Notes: generated by a model not told the origin, from the letters alone. DNA of 64,000 bases from an uncultured delta proteobacterium (GCA_963848295.1 CAWKDB010000010.1:320001-384000), one strand, 5' to 3'. Counted from the stretch's first letter, positions 30,163 to 40,421 are shown. Translations and numbers: made by a program.

Positions 30163-30303
30163 TCAGCAGATAATGACGTGCTTGACGCCCTCAGCCCCGC
30201 CGGCGCTACTACGGAGGTCGTTGTCCTCGAGCCGCACGAGCTTCACCTTTTGAACGCCGAGCTTCTTCGCTTCGCCCTGCTTGTCTTTTTTGGTGCGCTT
30301 CAT
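30163..30303 (-). CDS. 46-aa putative RiPP precursor peptide with double-glycine-type leader (not in the ORF track)
   Basis: Manual translation MKRTKKDKQGEAKKLGVQKVKLVRLEDNDLRSSAGGAEGVKHVIIC*. Basic leader with KKLxxxKxxLxxL, LxxxDLxxxAGG cleavage-type motif, TAAGAT 6 nt before the ATG, RiPP rSAM in the same cassette. Confidence 0.72.
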   Translation of the reverse strand: MKRTKKDKQGEAKKLGVQKVKLVRLEDNDLRSSAGGAEGVKHVIIC

Positions 30304-30403
30304 AGGACCATCTTAGGCGTTCGGCTCCGTCGACGATATGGGTTTCGGAGATCGTTCGACAGGACGCTGCGGGGCAAGTGTGCAACGATCCCGCCCGTCT
30401 CCG

Positions 30404-33400
30404 ATGGACACAGAAGGCTACATCGGGCGGGTTGTAGGTGAGTTCGTTCTCGACGAGCACATCGGCGGAGGCGGAGGCGGAGCGGTGTGGCGCGCGTCGC
30501 AACCTGTCCTGCAACGAGACGCCGTCATCAAGCTGCTGAACTCGAACGGAGAGCGCGAACGGATCGATCGTTTCCTACAAGAGGCCCGTCTGGCCTCGCG
30601 GCTCGATCATCCGTTCGCGGCGCACGTCTATGCGTTTGGGGTCGAGTCCGACGGCCTGATGTGGATCGCCATGGAGTTGGTGCGGGGGACCCCGCTCTCC
30701 ACCGTCCTCGAACACGGGCCGCTAGACCGCGGCTTGGCCTTCATCGAGCGCGTCTGTGAGGTCGTCCAGTCAACTCACGACCTCGGGATCGTCCATGGTG
30801 ACTTGAAGCCGTCGAACGTCATGGTGATCTCGCGGGTCGGAAATCAGTTCCCGAAGCTGCTCGATTTCGGAATCGCGCGCGAGCTCGCCGACAACACGAG
30901 CGGCGGTGCCGGAACACCGATGTACATGGCCCCGGAGCAATGGGTCACCGGACGCAAGCTCAGTCCCGCAACGGACGTCTATGCGCTCGGCGCGCTCGCG
31001 TTCGAATCCTCTCCGGCAATCCGCCGTTTTCTGGATCGACGCGACTGGAGCTCGCGAAACACCACGCCCGCACTCCGCCCCCCTCTCTCCCGGGCGGCTT
31101 TCCCGATCGAGTCAACGCCGCCATTGCCAAGGCGATGGCGAAGGCGCCCGGTGATCGGTTCGCCTCTGCGTCCGAGCTCGCGCGCGCGCTCGCGGGCAGC
31201 GAGTCTCTCGGCACGCTGAATCTCCCCAAGCTCGACGACTTGACTCTGGATGCCGCGTTGCTCGAGGCGCCGGAGCCGATCGCCGAGGCGGTCGTAACTC
31301 TCGACGCGGCGAGTGACGCGGAGACTGCCTACCGCGCCGCATGGCGAGTCGTCGATACGCTCGCCCACTATGTCGGCGCGATCGCGCTCGGCTGTCGCGC
31401 GCGCATTCGCGGTGTCGACACCGAGCCCCTTACCGAGCATCTCGTCGCGCTACGTGCACGCGGACTCGATGCAAGAGGTTGGTGGCACCTCGCACGCGAG
31501 ATCGCTCGACCGTTCGCGACGATCCGCGATGCCTTCCCGGTCCCCGAGTTGATCGGCGTGTTCTTCGACGGCCACGCCGAGCTCAACACCGCGCTGGATT
31601 TGGTGTTCGCCGAGGGCGCCGCACGGATCGAGCAACCAAACCGCGAGGTCGCGTCGACCGAGCTAACACGGTTGATCCCGACCTTGGGAAGCGCACTGCG
31701 GGCGTTGCGGTGGCTCGACGACTACCGGCTCGTCGTGCCGAACAAGGGCGGAGCGCAACGGTGGATGGGCGCCAGGCGCAGCGATCGGGCGACGATCGCG
31801 ACGAAAGCGCCGATGTTGTCGCCGGCATTGGTCAACGCAGACGGCGAAGTTGTTGTCGACCTGGATCCGGTTGCCGAGCTCCATGCACCGGTACCGGGAG
31901 CGCCACGCCAGCTGTTCTTCATCGACGGGCCTGGCCGCCACGGTGCACGCCTGCGCGCGTTGCCGACCGATCTCGAGCACGAGGTTGCGGATGGGTGGGG
32001 ACGCCTCGCGATCACCGGCGGATCCGACGACGATTCCACCGACGAGGTCGCGTCGCCGTACATGGGCCTTGCTACGTTTACCGAACAACAATCGTCACTG
32101 TTCTTCGGGCGCGAACGAGAGCTCGAAGAGCTGCTCAACCGGCTCCAAACGCAGAGCCTCATCGCGATCGTCGGCCCTTCGGGTGCAGGTAAGAGCTCCT
32201 TCGTACGCGCCGGGCTGTTTCCCGCGCTGGGACCGAGTTGGAGGCAGATCTCGCTGCGCCCTGGCCCGAACCCGCTTGCGAGCCTGACTGCGGCGATCGC
32301 CGCCGCGGGCGGTGGCGAGGTGCGGGCAGTCGACCTCTTGCATGCCCCCGAGCAAGCCGCCGCGCGGCTTCGCACACTTGCCGAGCAAAGCCGTCTGGTG
32401 GTCTTCGTCGATCAGTTCGAGGAACTGTTCACGCTATCTGCGGACGCCGAGCGCCAGCTCGCGTTTGCCAATGCGCTCGTGTCGATCGCTGAAGCAGGCA
32501 ATCGCATTCGCGTCGTCCTGACGCTCCGCGACGATTTCTTGGTCCGGGCAGCCCAAGTCCCTGCGCTCAAGTCGATCGCCAGCTGGCTCCAGATCCTGAC
32601 GACGCCAGCTCCAGACGATCTGCACCGGATCCTGGTCGAGCCTGCACGACGCAGTGGTTTCGCTTTCGAAGACGCCGAGTTCTCACAACAGATCGTCTCG
32701 GAGGTCGCGAACCAGCCCGGGGCGTTGGCCCTGCTGTCGTTTACCGCGTCGCAGCTATGGACCTTGCGCGATCGCCTCACCAAGCAGCTGATCCGGCGTG
32801 CGTATCGCGCGCTCGGTGGCGTCGGCGGGGCGCTCGCACAGCACGCCGAGAAGGTGCTCGGCTCCATGCCACCGGCGGGCCAGCGCATCGTACGAGAGCT
32901 GTTCCGTCACCTGGTGACCGCCGAAGGGACGCGCGCGGTGCTCAGCCGCGAGGAGCTCGCGCAGGTCGGCGGCGGCCCCGACGCCGCCCCAGTGATCGAG
33001 ACCCTGATCACGGAACGGCTGTTGACGGCCATGGAGGCGCCGACCGGAGAGAGCATCGAGGTCGTACACGAGACGCTGCTCGTGAGCTGGCCGAGGTTGG
33101 TGGGGTGGCGTAGCCAGGACGCCGAGAACGCCCGTCTGCGCGATCAACTGCGTCTCGCGGCGCGCCAATGGCAAGACGGGGGGCGACCACGCGGAATGCT
33201 TTGGCGCGGCGAAACCCTCGCCGAGTACCAGGTGTGGCGCGCGCGCTACCCCGGCACCGTCACCGCGAGCGAGGACGCGTTTGGAGCGTCGAGCGTCGCC
33301 GAGGCGGACCGCAATCGCCGGATCAGACGGAGCCTGCTTGTTGCCACGATCGCCGCCCTGGTCGTCGCGTTGGTCGTGTTCGCGCGGCTGCGCTCTGCGG

Positions 33401-35616
33401 CGGACGCCAGCCGCGAGGTGGCGCAGAGCCAGTTGTTAGGTTCGTATCTGCAACAGGCGGAACGCTCGCTCAGCGCGGGCGACGCGTTCGGTGGGTTGGT
33501 GTTCGCCGATGGAGCGACCCGACTCGGGGCCGACTCGTTTGCCCAGCGCTTCTTGATCGCCCGAGCGCTGGACTCGATCTCCCCGGAGGTCGCCACCATG
33601 AGCTCATCGCCCGGCATCGCGCCTTTCGTCGGGTTTCTCCCCGACGGTTCGGTTGCCGCCATCGGCAACGATGCGATTCTTCGGCGATGGTCGGCGACGG
33701 GCGCGCTGTTGTGGTCGACGAGTCCGGGCGCCACCGGCGGAAACTGGTGGCTCGCCACCGATCCCACCGGCCATTGGATTGCGACCGCTGCGGAGGACTC
33801 GATCGACTTGTGGACGCTGGACGGCCATCTCGCTCGACAGCTCAGAGGTCACCATGGGCAGATCGCGATGCTCAAGTTCTCCGCCGATGGGCGCAGCCTG
33901 CTCTCGACGGGATTCGATGGTACGGGCCGGATTTGGGATCTCGGCTCCGAACGCGTCCGCGTGCTGGATACGAAATTCGCCGGTCGGGCGGCAGGCGATC
34001 TCGTCGGAGATCGGGTCGTCGTGGTCGGCTCCGACGACATCGGATCGGCGAACGTGGTGATCGGGTCGCGCGGTAGCGCCGCGCCGGAGCGCGTCGCTCA
34101 GCCTCTCGGCCAGTACATCCCTATCTCCGTGGCGATTTCCGCCGACGGGCGTCGCGCCGCGTTCGGTTCCGCCGACGGTCCGATCCACGTCTGGGATCTC
34201 GAGACTCGATCCGAGATCGCGACGTTGACCGGGCACGAGGGAGCCGTGACCGCGCTGGCATTCTCCAAGGACGGCCAGCTCGTTTCGGGAGGCGTCGATT
34301 CCACCGTCCGCGTGTGGTCGATCTCGGCCGGGAGAATGGTTCGGTCGCTCGTAGGCCATCACGGTCAGCTCAAGATGATGGTCTTCGCCCCCGATGGACG
34401 GCTGCTTACCGGCGCCGCCGATGGGACCGCACGTCTCTGGGATATTTCGAGCGGCTCTAATCTGCGGACCTTCACGCACGGCGGTGGAATGATCGACGTC
34501 GCCGTCAACAAGGATGCCAGCCGGATCGCCACCGCGAGCGGGCTGGGAACCGTCAAGATCTGGCGCACCGACAGCGCGGTCGGGATCGACCCGTTGGCGG
34601 AGGCGGCCCCCGATCCGACCATGACGAATCCTTGGGTCTCGACCGACGGGACGCGGTTGCTCCGCGCAAGCTCGGCAGGCTGCGAGCTGTGGGATCTGAC
34701 GACGCGACGGCTGGTGACGAGGCTTGGCGGTGGCAAAGCGCTGTGCGCCGCGACCGACGAGCATGTCTATGTCGCCGACGGTGCCGCCCTCACGATCGCG
34801 AAGCTCCGAGACGGTGCGCCGATCACGCAGCTCAGCGCGCCGTTCGGCGTTGAAGAACTGTGCATCGATCCGGCCCATGACTGGATCGTCGTCGGCGGGA
34901 AGCTCCCCGGCCCGCTCGCCGTGCTCGACGACACCGGCCGCGTGCTCGGCAACGGTACGGCTGACGAAAGCGCGACGCTGATCTGCGAACCGAACGGAGT
35001 CGCCGCCTTCGGCGACCGGGTCACCTTCTTCGCGTCGCCCGACCTCGCGCGGCGAGGCAGCGAGCAGCTGCCCTCGTACGGCTTCGCGAGGTTCTACCCG
35101 GGGCTCGGCATCGTCAGCCAATCGGCGCGGACCGACCTCGCTGTCTGGCAAAGCGGGGTCCGGGTCGCCACGATCAAGTATCCCGGTCTGATCGGAGCGA
35201 TCGCTGTTAGCGACGGGAACCTGGCGGTCGGCCTCTATGACGGCGCGATCGTCGAGCGACAGAGGCCGGCACTGGTAGCGCCCGAGACCTTCAAGGCCCA
35301 TGGGGCGGCGGTACGCGCGCTCGCGAGTGACACGAGGATGCTCGCTTCGATCGCGCTCGACGGGACCCTCCAGATTCGCGAACACGGCGTGGCTAATCCG
35401 ATCTACGAGGCCCACGTCTCGCCCCTCACCTATTGGGCGGCGTTTGCCGGTGACTCGCTCGTGACGACGGATGGCGACCACGTCGAGCTACAACATCTCG
35501 ATGTCTATCATGGGACCGCCGACGAGCTAGCGCGCCTCGCGGCGTGCAAGGTTCCCGACCAGGTGCGCGCGCAACTCGCCGGGCCGCCCCCGGCGGCTCC
35601 CTGCGCCGATAGATAG
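30404..35616 (+). CDS. Ser/Thr kinase - STAND (nSTAND1-like) NTPase - TM - WD40 repeat protein, with an apparent 1-nt deletion near 31005
   Basis: Kinase (IGGGGGGAVW, HGDLKPSN, LLDFGIA, GTPMYMAPE) continues in the other frame as ILSGNPPF. Then SPYMGLATF..FFGRE, GPSGAGKSS, VFVDQFEELF, YRALGGVGGAL, a TM after RRIRR, and GH..WD repeats. Confidence 0.9.
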
Positions 35617-35668
35617 TCGGTGGACGTGGTGACTCGCGTAGTAGAATACGTGAAGTGAGGGCCGATCA

Positions 35669-37612
35669 TTGACCTACGACATCGCGCTCGTCACGATGCC
35701 TTGGTCGAGCCTGTCTTTTCCGTCGATCCAACTCGGCACCGTAGCGAGCCTCCTCGCTCGCGACGGCATCTCGACTCGTAGTTTTCACTACAACCTCAGG
35801 TTCGCCGAGTTCGCGATCGGGCGGACTGCGAGCTTGCCGCCCGCGGAGCGAGTGACCCTCCAGATCCTTCACCAGATCGCGGAGAGTCAACACATCGGCG
35901 AGTGGATCTTCGCGGTACCACCATTCCGCGAACGCGACGACGCATCCGACCAAGCGTTTCGCGAATTGACCGAGCAACGATCCATCCCTGGCGGCCGGAT
36001 CGAGACTCTCTACCAGCTCCGCGAGCTCGCCGAACCGTTCCTCGCTTCATGCGCAGACGAGCTGATCGCCACAGGTGTACGCGTCGTTGCGTTCACCAGT
36101 AGCTTCAATCAGAACGTCTCGTCGCTAGCGCTCGCCAAGATGCTCAAGCAACGGTCGCGAGAAATCTCGATTGTATTCGGAGGTGCGAACTGCGACGGCG
36201 TCATGGGAGCTGCCCTGCACGCCCTGTTCCCCTGGGTCGACGTTGTCGTGCGCGGGGAAGCGGAGCGGGTCGCGGCCCCGGTCTTTGCGGCCCTCCTCGC
36301 GCGACAGCCGGTCCCCGTACTTCCTGGCGTGTGCGTGCGCAACGACGGCGTGTCGGTCGCCCATCCTCTCCCTAACGACACCGTTCCGATGACCGATGTA
36401 CCGGCTCCCGACTACACCGACTACATCGCAGCGGTCACCGAGAGTCCGCTTGCCGGGGAGCTCGTTCCTTCGATTCGCTTGCTCTACGAGAGCGCGCGAG
36501 GTTGTTGGTGGGGCGAAAAAAATCACTGCACGTTCTGCGGGCTCAACGGTTCGACGATGAAATTCCGGAGCAAGCCGCCGAGCCAAACGTTCGACGAAAT
36601 GGTCGACATGGCACAGCGCTATCACTCGCTGCGCTTCCAGGTCGTCGACAACATCATCGAGATGGGGTACCTGCGCGAGCTACTGCCGCGGCTACGCGAA
36701 ACCGGCTGGAACTGGGATGTGTTCTACGAGACAAAAGCGAACCTCAAGAAGGCTCAGCTCCGACTTTTCCGCGAAGCAGGGGTGCGCACGATTCAACCAG
36801 GGATCGAGAGCCTCAGCACCCCGACGCTAAAGCTGATGAACAAAGGGGTCACCGCGCTCCAGAACATTCGTTTGCTGAAGTGGTGCGCTGAGCTCGAGAT
36901 CCGACCGGCGTGGAACTTGATCTTTGGGTTCCCCGGTGAAGACCCCGCGGAGTACGAGCGCATGGCGCAGGTGATCCCATCGCTCGTGCACTTTCGCGCG
37001 CCCGCGGCAACTCCGCTAGCGGTCGAGAGGTTCAGCCCGTACTTCAACGAGCCGGCTCGGTACGGCATCGAGATCGTAGGACCAGCGGCGCGATACCCGC
37101 TGTTTTACCCGTTCACGAGAACACAGCTCACGGACCTCGCATACGCATTCGAGTATCGCTATCTCGACGGCCGGACGCCGACCAGTTATGCCCAGCCCAT
37201 GCTCGCCGCGGTCACAGCATGGAACGCCGCGTCGAACACCGGAGCGCTGATCTTCGAGAAGGGCCCCGGCTTCATCACGATCGACGATCACCGGACGACC
37301 GTCGATCCCGCGCACTATACGTTCGAAGAGGAAGAAGCGGCGATCTATCTCGCGTGCGACGCTGGCGCGACGCCCGCCCAGGTGCGCGCCACGCTGATCG
37401 CTGATGGCCACGATGCGTTCTCCGAAGACGAGATTCGCGAGTTCCTCGATGGGTTGGTCGAGTCGCGCCTCGTCTACGAAGAGCGCGGCCGCTACCTCTC
37501 TCTCGCGATCGATCGCGATCCGCTGCGTGCGCTTCGCGGCGACGCGGAGGCAGCCGACGAGGCAGAGCCAGCGCCCGGCCTGATCGCGATCGGCCGCAAG
37601 CGCGCCAGCTGA
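35669..37612 (+). CDS. Cobalamin-dependent RiPP-maturation radical SAM C-methyltransferase (TIGR03975-like)
   Basis: LVTMPW..PSIQLG, FTSSFNQNVSSLALAK, FGGANCDG (B12-binding), ESARGCWWGEKNHCTFCGLNG (Cx7Cx2C), FYETKANL, QPGIES, WNLIFGFPGE, C-terminal wHTH/RRE-like segment. TTG start. Confidence 0.93.
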   Translation: MTYDIALVTMPWSSLSFPSIQLGTVASLLARDGISTRSFHYNLRFAEFAIGRTASLPPAERVTLQILHQIAESQHIGEWIFAVPPFRERDDASDQAFRELTEQRSIPGGRIETLYQLRELAEPFLASCADELIATGVRVVAFTSSFNQNVSSLALAKMLKQRSREISIVFGGANCDGVMGAALHALFPWVDVVVRGEAERVAAPVFAALLARQPVPVLPGVCVRNDGVSVAHPLPNDTVPMTDVPAPDYTDYIAAVTESPLAGELVPSIRLLYESARGCWWGEKNHCTFCGLNGSTMKFRSKPPSQTFDEMVDMAQRYHSLRFQVVDNIIEMGYLRELLPRLRETGWNWDVFYETKANLKKAQLRLFREAGVRTIQPGIESLSTPTLKLMNKGVTALQNIRLLKWCAELEIRPAWNLIFGFPGEDPAEYERMAQVIPSLVHFRAPAATPLAVERFSPYFNEPARYGIEIVGPAARYPLFYPFTRTQLTDLAYAFEYRYLDGRTPTSYAQPMLAAVTAWNAASNTGALIFEKGPGFITIDDHRTTVDPAHYTFEEEEAAIYLACDAGATPAQVRATLIADGHDAFSEDEIREFLDGLVESRLVYEERGRYLSLAIDRDPLRALRGDAEAADEAEPAPGLIAIGRKRAS

Positions 37613-37756
37613 TCGTTACGAGCTCGCCGGCCCGCGATCGGCGGTACGGGTCCGTGTAAGCCCGTTTGTAAACACACTCCCTCGCATCGATTCCTGGCGC
37701 CCTACTGACACGCAGGCATCGATCGTATACCGTCGGCGACCTCAAGGAGGTTCGAG

Positions 37757-38854
37757 ATGCGAGAAGGCTTGTTGGTCGTATTGGTGGGCGCCGCGCTCGC
37801 AGTCCCCGTTGCGGCCGCCGCCGCACCGCCGCTCCCAGGACTCCAGCACTCCCCGCCGATCTTCATGGACGAGGCGACACCGTTCGTCCAACTGATGAAC
37901 CAGTCGAACGGGTACTGGTTCATGGTCCATGCGCAGGTCGCCGGCATGCCTCCGAAGTCGCCGGTGCGCCTCGACTGGACCTCGGGCGGCAAGGTCGTGG
38001 CGAGCATCAAGTGCGACCTCCACCAAGGCATCTACCGCGACACGATCGGCGTGCAGTGTGACTACCGCGACAAGCCGCTCAAGGCCGCGGGCGCGATCAA
38101 CGCCAAGCTGATCGTGACCGACGACGCGGACGACAAGGAGTACTTGATCCGCGATCTGAAGGTCAACGCGACGCCGTATCGCGGCGACGCGAACGGGCCG
38201 ATCTGGCAGATCGTCCCCGACGACGTCCTCGGCGCCGGTTACGCGGTGCATATCCATACCGGAGAGCAAACCGCGCGCGAGGGCGAGATCGGCTTCAACT
38301 TCTGGATCAGTGGTCCGCTGCAGCACCCGCAAGGGCAGCTGCGCTGCTCGATCGATGGCAAGCAGCTCCAAGACGACTTCGAGGGCGAGTTCGAAGACAT
38401 GGGCCACGGCGAGGAGGAGGAGATCTCGACCAAGATCATCCCGAAGCACGGTAAGGCGACGTACTACTACTGGAAGCACGTCCAGTTCCTCGTGGGCCAG
38501 CTGTACTTCGGCAAGGACAAGCACGGCGATCACTTCGTGCTCGGGGATCATCCGGGCGCGTGGAGCTGCGACCTGCGGCTCGACCACCAGGTGCTCCGCA
38601 CGTTCGTGTTCACCGTCGACGACAAGGGGCGGATCCAGTCGGGCGCGATGCAGCAGGCCAAGGATTCACCACCGCTGCCCGCGGATGTCGCGTGGATCGA
38701 GATGCGCTTTCCCAAGTCGAATTCGGTGGACACCCGGATCAGGCCCGCGGCCATGAAGCACAGCCGCGGCTTCGGGCTGCCGTGGCCGAGCGATCCGAGC
38801 GTGAAAGCGCTCCATGCCATGTTCCCGGCCTCGGTCGGGCGAGGAGAGCCGTGA
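37757..38854 (+). CDS. Secreted hypothetical protein (paralog A)
   Basis: AAGGAGG SD, signal peptide, strong GC3 coding bias, similar to the next gene. Confidence 0.85.
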   Translation: MREGLLVVLVGAALAVPVAAAAAPPLPGLQHSPPIFMDEATPFVQLMNQSNGYWFMVHAQVAGMPPKSPVRLDWTSGGKVVASIKCDLHQGIYRDTIGVQCDYRDKPLKAAGAINAKLIVTDDADDKEYLIRDLKVNATPYRGDANGPIWQIVPDDVLGAGYAVHIHTGEQTAREGEIGFNFWISGPLQHPQGQLRCSIDGKQLQDDFEGEFEDMGHGEEEEISTKIIPKHGKATYYYWKHVQFLVGQLYFGKDKHGDHFVLGDHPGAWSCDLRLDHQVLRTFVFTVDDKGRIQSGAMQQAKDSPPLPADVAWIEMRFPKSNSVDTRIRPAAMKHSRGFGLPWPSDPSVKALHAMFPASVGRGEP

Positions 38855-39939
38855 TGCGCGGCTCGATCGTCGTCGCGATGACGCTCGCTGCGTCGGTGGC
38901 CCACGCCCATGGTCCGCTCGTGCCCGGCACGCAGCACACCCCGCCGCGGTTCGTCGACGAGTCCCACGTGCTGTTGCACCTGACCTACTCGCAATCGACG
39001 ACCAAGGGCTATCGCTTCTACTTGAAGGCGAACGTCGCCGGCTACACGTCGAACGCCGACACCATTCGCCTCGATTGGAAGAGCCACGGCAAGGTCGTCG
39101 CCAGCGCGAAGTGTGTCGGGACGGGCGAGCCGGCGCCCGCGGGCGTGTCCGAGATCAGTTGCGACTACGGCGACAAGGGCATCCACGCCAAGGGCCCGAT
39201 CGACGCGCAACTCGTCTACACCGACGACCACGACGACAAGGACTACCTGTTGCGCGACTTCAACGTGACCGTCGCCCAGTGGCCGAGCTTCGGCGACGAG
39301 GTCTGGCAGATCATGGGCGACGACCTGCTCGGCGCGGCGTACGCGAGGCATCTCGCGGACGGCAACGCGGCCAGCGCCCACAAGGTGGCGTTCTCGTTCT
39401 GGACGACCGCGCCCGACAAGGGTCACGACTGGGAGCTCCGTTGCACGGTCAACGGCACCAAGATCCCCGACCTCGATGCCGCCGGGATCGAAGGCGTGGG
39501 CTCGATCCAGGCGGATCAGGTGAAGAAGGGCACCGGCGCGCATACGCTGTATTCGTGGGTCCAGCTGGTGGTCGTGCCCAACATCTACTGGGGGCCGAAG
39601 AAGGAAGACAAGCACCCCAACGCCGCGTGGCTGATCGATCACGCCGGCGATTGGGTGTGCAACCTGCGCACGGATGCCAAGAACGTGCGCGAGCTGCGGT
39701 TTCACGTGAACGATCAAGGCATGGTCGAGTCCGATCCGATGGCCGCGGCCGGTCCGCCACTCGCCGACGGGACGGCCCTCGTCGACGTTCGCATCCCCAA
39801 GGATTCGAAGTTCGATCTGCGGGTGCGCCCAGCCGCGATGACGAAGAGTCGCGGCTACGGCCTTCCGTGGCCCAAGCATCCGAACGTGAAGGCGATCCTC
39901 GGCTCGCTGCCGCCGTCCAGCGGCCTGCCCGACCCGTAG
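38854..39939 (+). CDS. Secreted hypothetical protein (paralog B)
   Basis: TGATG coupling to paralog A, signal peptide MRGSIVVAMTLAASVAHA, shared motifs. Confidence 0.85.
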   Translation: MRGSIVVAMTLAASVAHAHGPLVPGTQHTPPRFVDESHVLLHLTYSQSTTKGYRFYLKANVAGYTSNADTIRLDWKSHGKVVASAKCVGTGEPAPAGVSEISCDYGDKGIHAKGPIDAQLVYTDDHDDKDYLLRDFNVTVAQWPSFGDEVWQIMGDDLLGAAYARHLADGNAASAHKVAFSFWTTAPDKGHDWELRCTVNGTKIPDLDAAGIEGVGSIQADQVKKGTGAHTLYSWVQLVVVPNIYWGPKKEDKHPNAAWLIDHAGDWVCNLRTDAKNVRELRFHVNDQGMVESDPMAAAGPPLADGTALVDVRIPKDSKFDLRVRPAAMTKSRGYGLPWPKHPNVKAILGSLPPSSGLPDP

Positions 39940-40003
39940 CCTGCTGCACCGCTCCGCCGTGCGATCGATTTCGAGTCGATCGCCGAACCGCGCACGCGAT
40001 CGT

Positions 40004-40294
40004 TCAGCCCCTCGGACTGCGATCCAGGCTCGCCTGCAGCACGCGATCGAGCGCGCTGATCTGGCGCATGAAGCGTTCGCGCTTCGTCGGGCCGTCGCTC
40101 ATCAACGACGCCATCGCATTGCGCGTCTCGAGCACGCGCATCCACGCGTGAGCCGGGTCGCCCGCTGCGAGCTCGTCGATCGCGACCAGGCGGAAGCATG
40201 CGAACCCGAGGTTCGTCACGCTCGGATCGCGCATGGGCTTGCGGCGCGCGACGGGGGGCCGGTTGCGGTAGCTCAGGCCATAAGAGCGGGTCAT
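40004..40294 (-). CDS. Small hypothetical protein (96 aa)
   Basis: ATG 40294 just downstream of the sigma-54 box CTGGTCCCGGGCTTGCT (40323-40307). Confidence 0.55.
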   Translation of the reverse strand: MTRSYGLSYRNRPPVARRKPMRDPSVTNLGFACFRLVAIDELAAGDPAHAWMRVLETRNAMASLMSDGPTKRERFMRQISALDRVLQASLDRSPRG

Positions 40295-40421
40295 GCCAGC
40301 TGGATGAGCAAGCCCGGGACCAGCGGCGATGTGTGCGTAACCTCGTCGTACGGCACCTGAACCGACGCCGGTTCGCGCCACTTAGGCAGACCGCGCCGCC
40401 GGGCGGTGCATTCGCGGCAGA

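Noticed and set aside
30163..30303. Lys-rich 46-aa ORF as a small ribosomal protein (L33/L34/L36-like)
   Set aside because: It starts MKRT like L34, but the rest lacks the Arg-rich L34 motif and any zinc-ribbon pattern; it fits a leader-GG-core layout better.
30990..31020. Programmed ribosomal frameshift in the kinase gene
   Set aside because: No slippery heptamer or obvious stimulatory structure; the break falls mid-kinase domain; a homopolymer error is simpler.
30163..37612. Bottromycin- or proteusin-type biosynthetic cluster
   Set aside because: No YcaO, amidohydrolase, P450, epimerase, nitrile-hydratase-like leader or follower peptide in the window; only the methyltransferase family is shared.
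37613..37756. Possible sRNA or operator in the AT-richer gap after the rSAM (GTTTGTAAAC, repeated GCATCGAT)
   Set aside because: Only short imperfect symmetries; no convincing structure or terminator.
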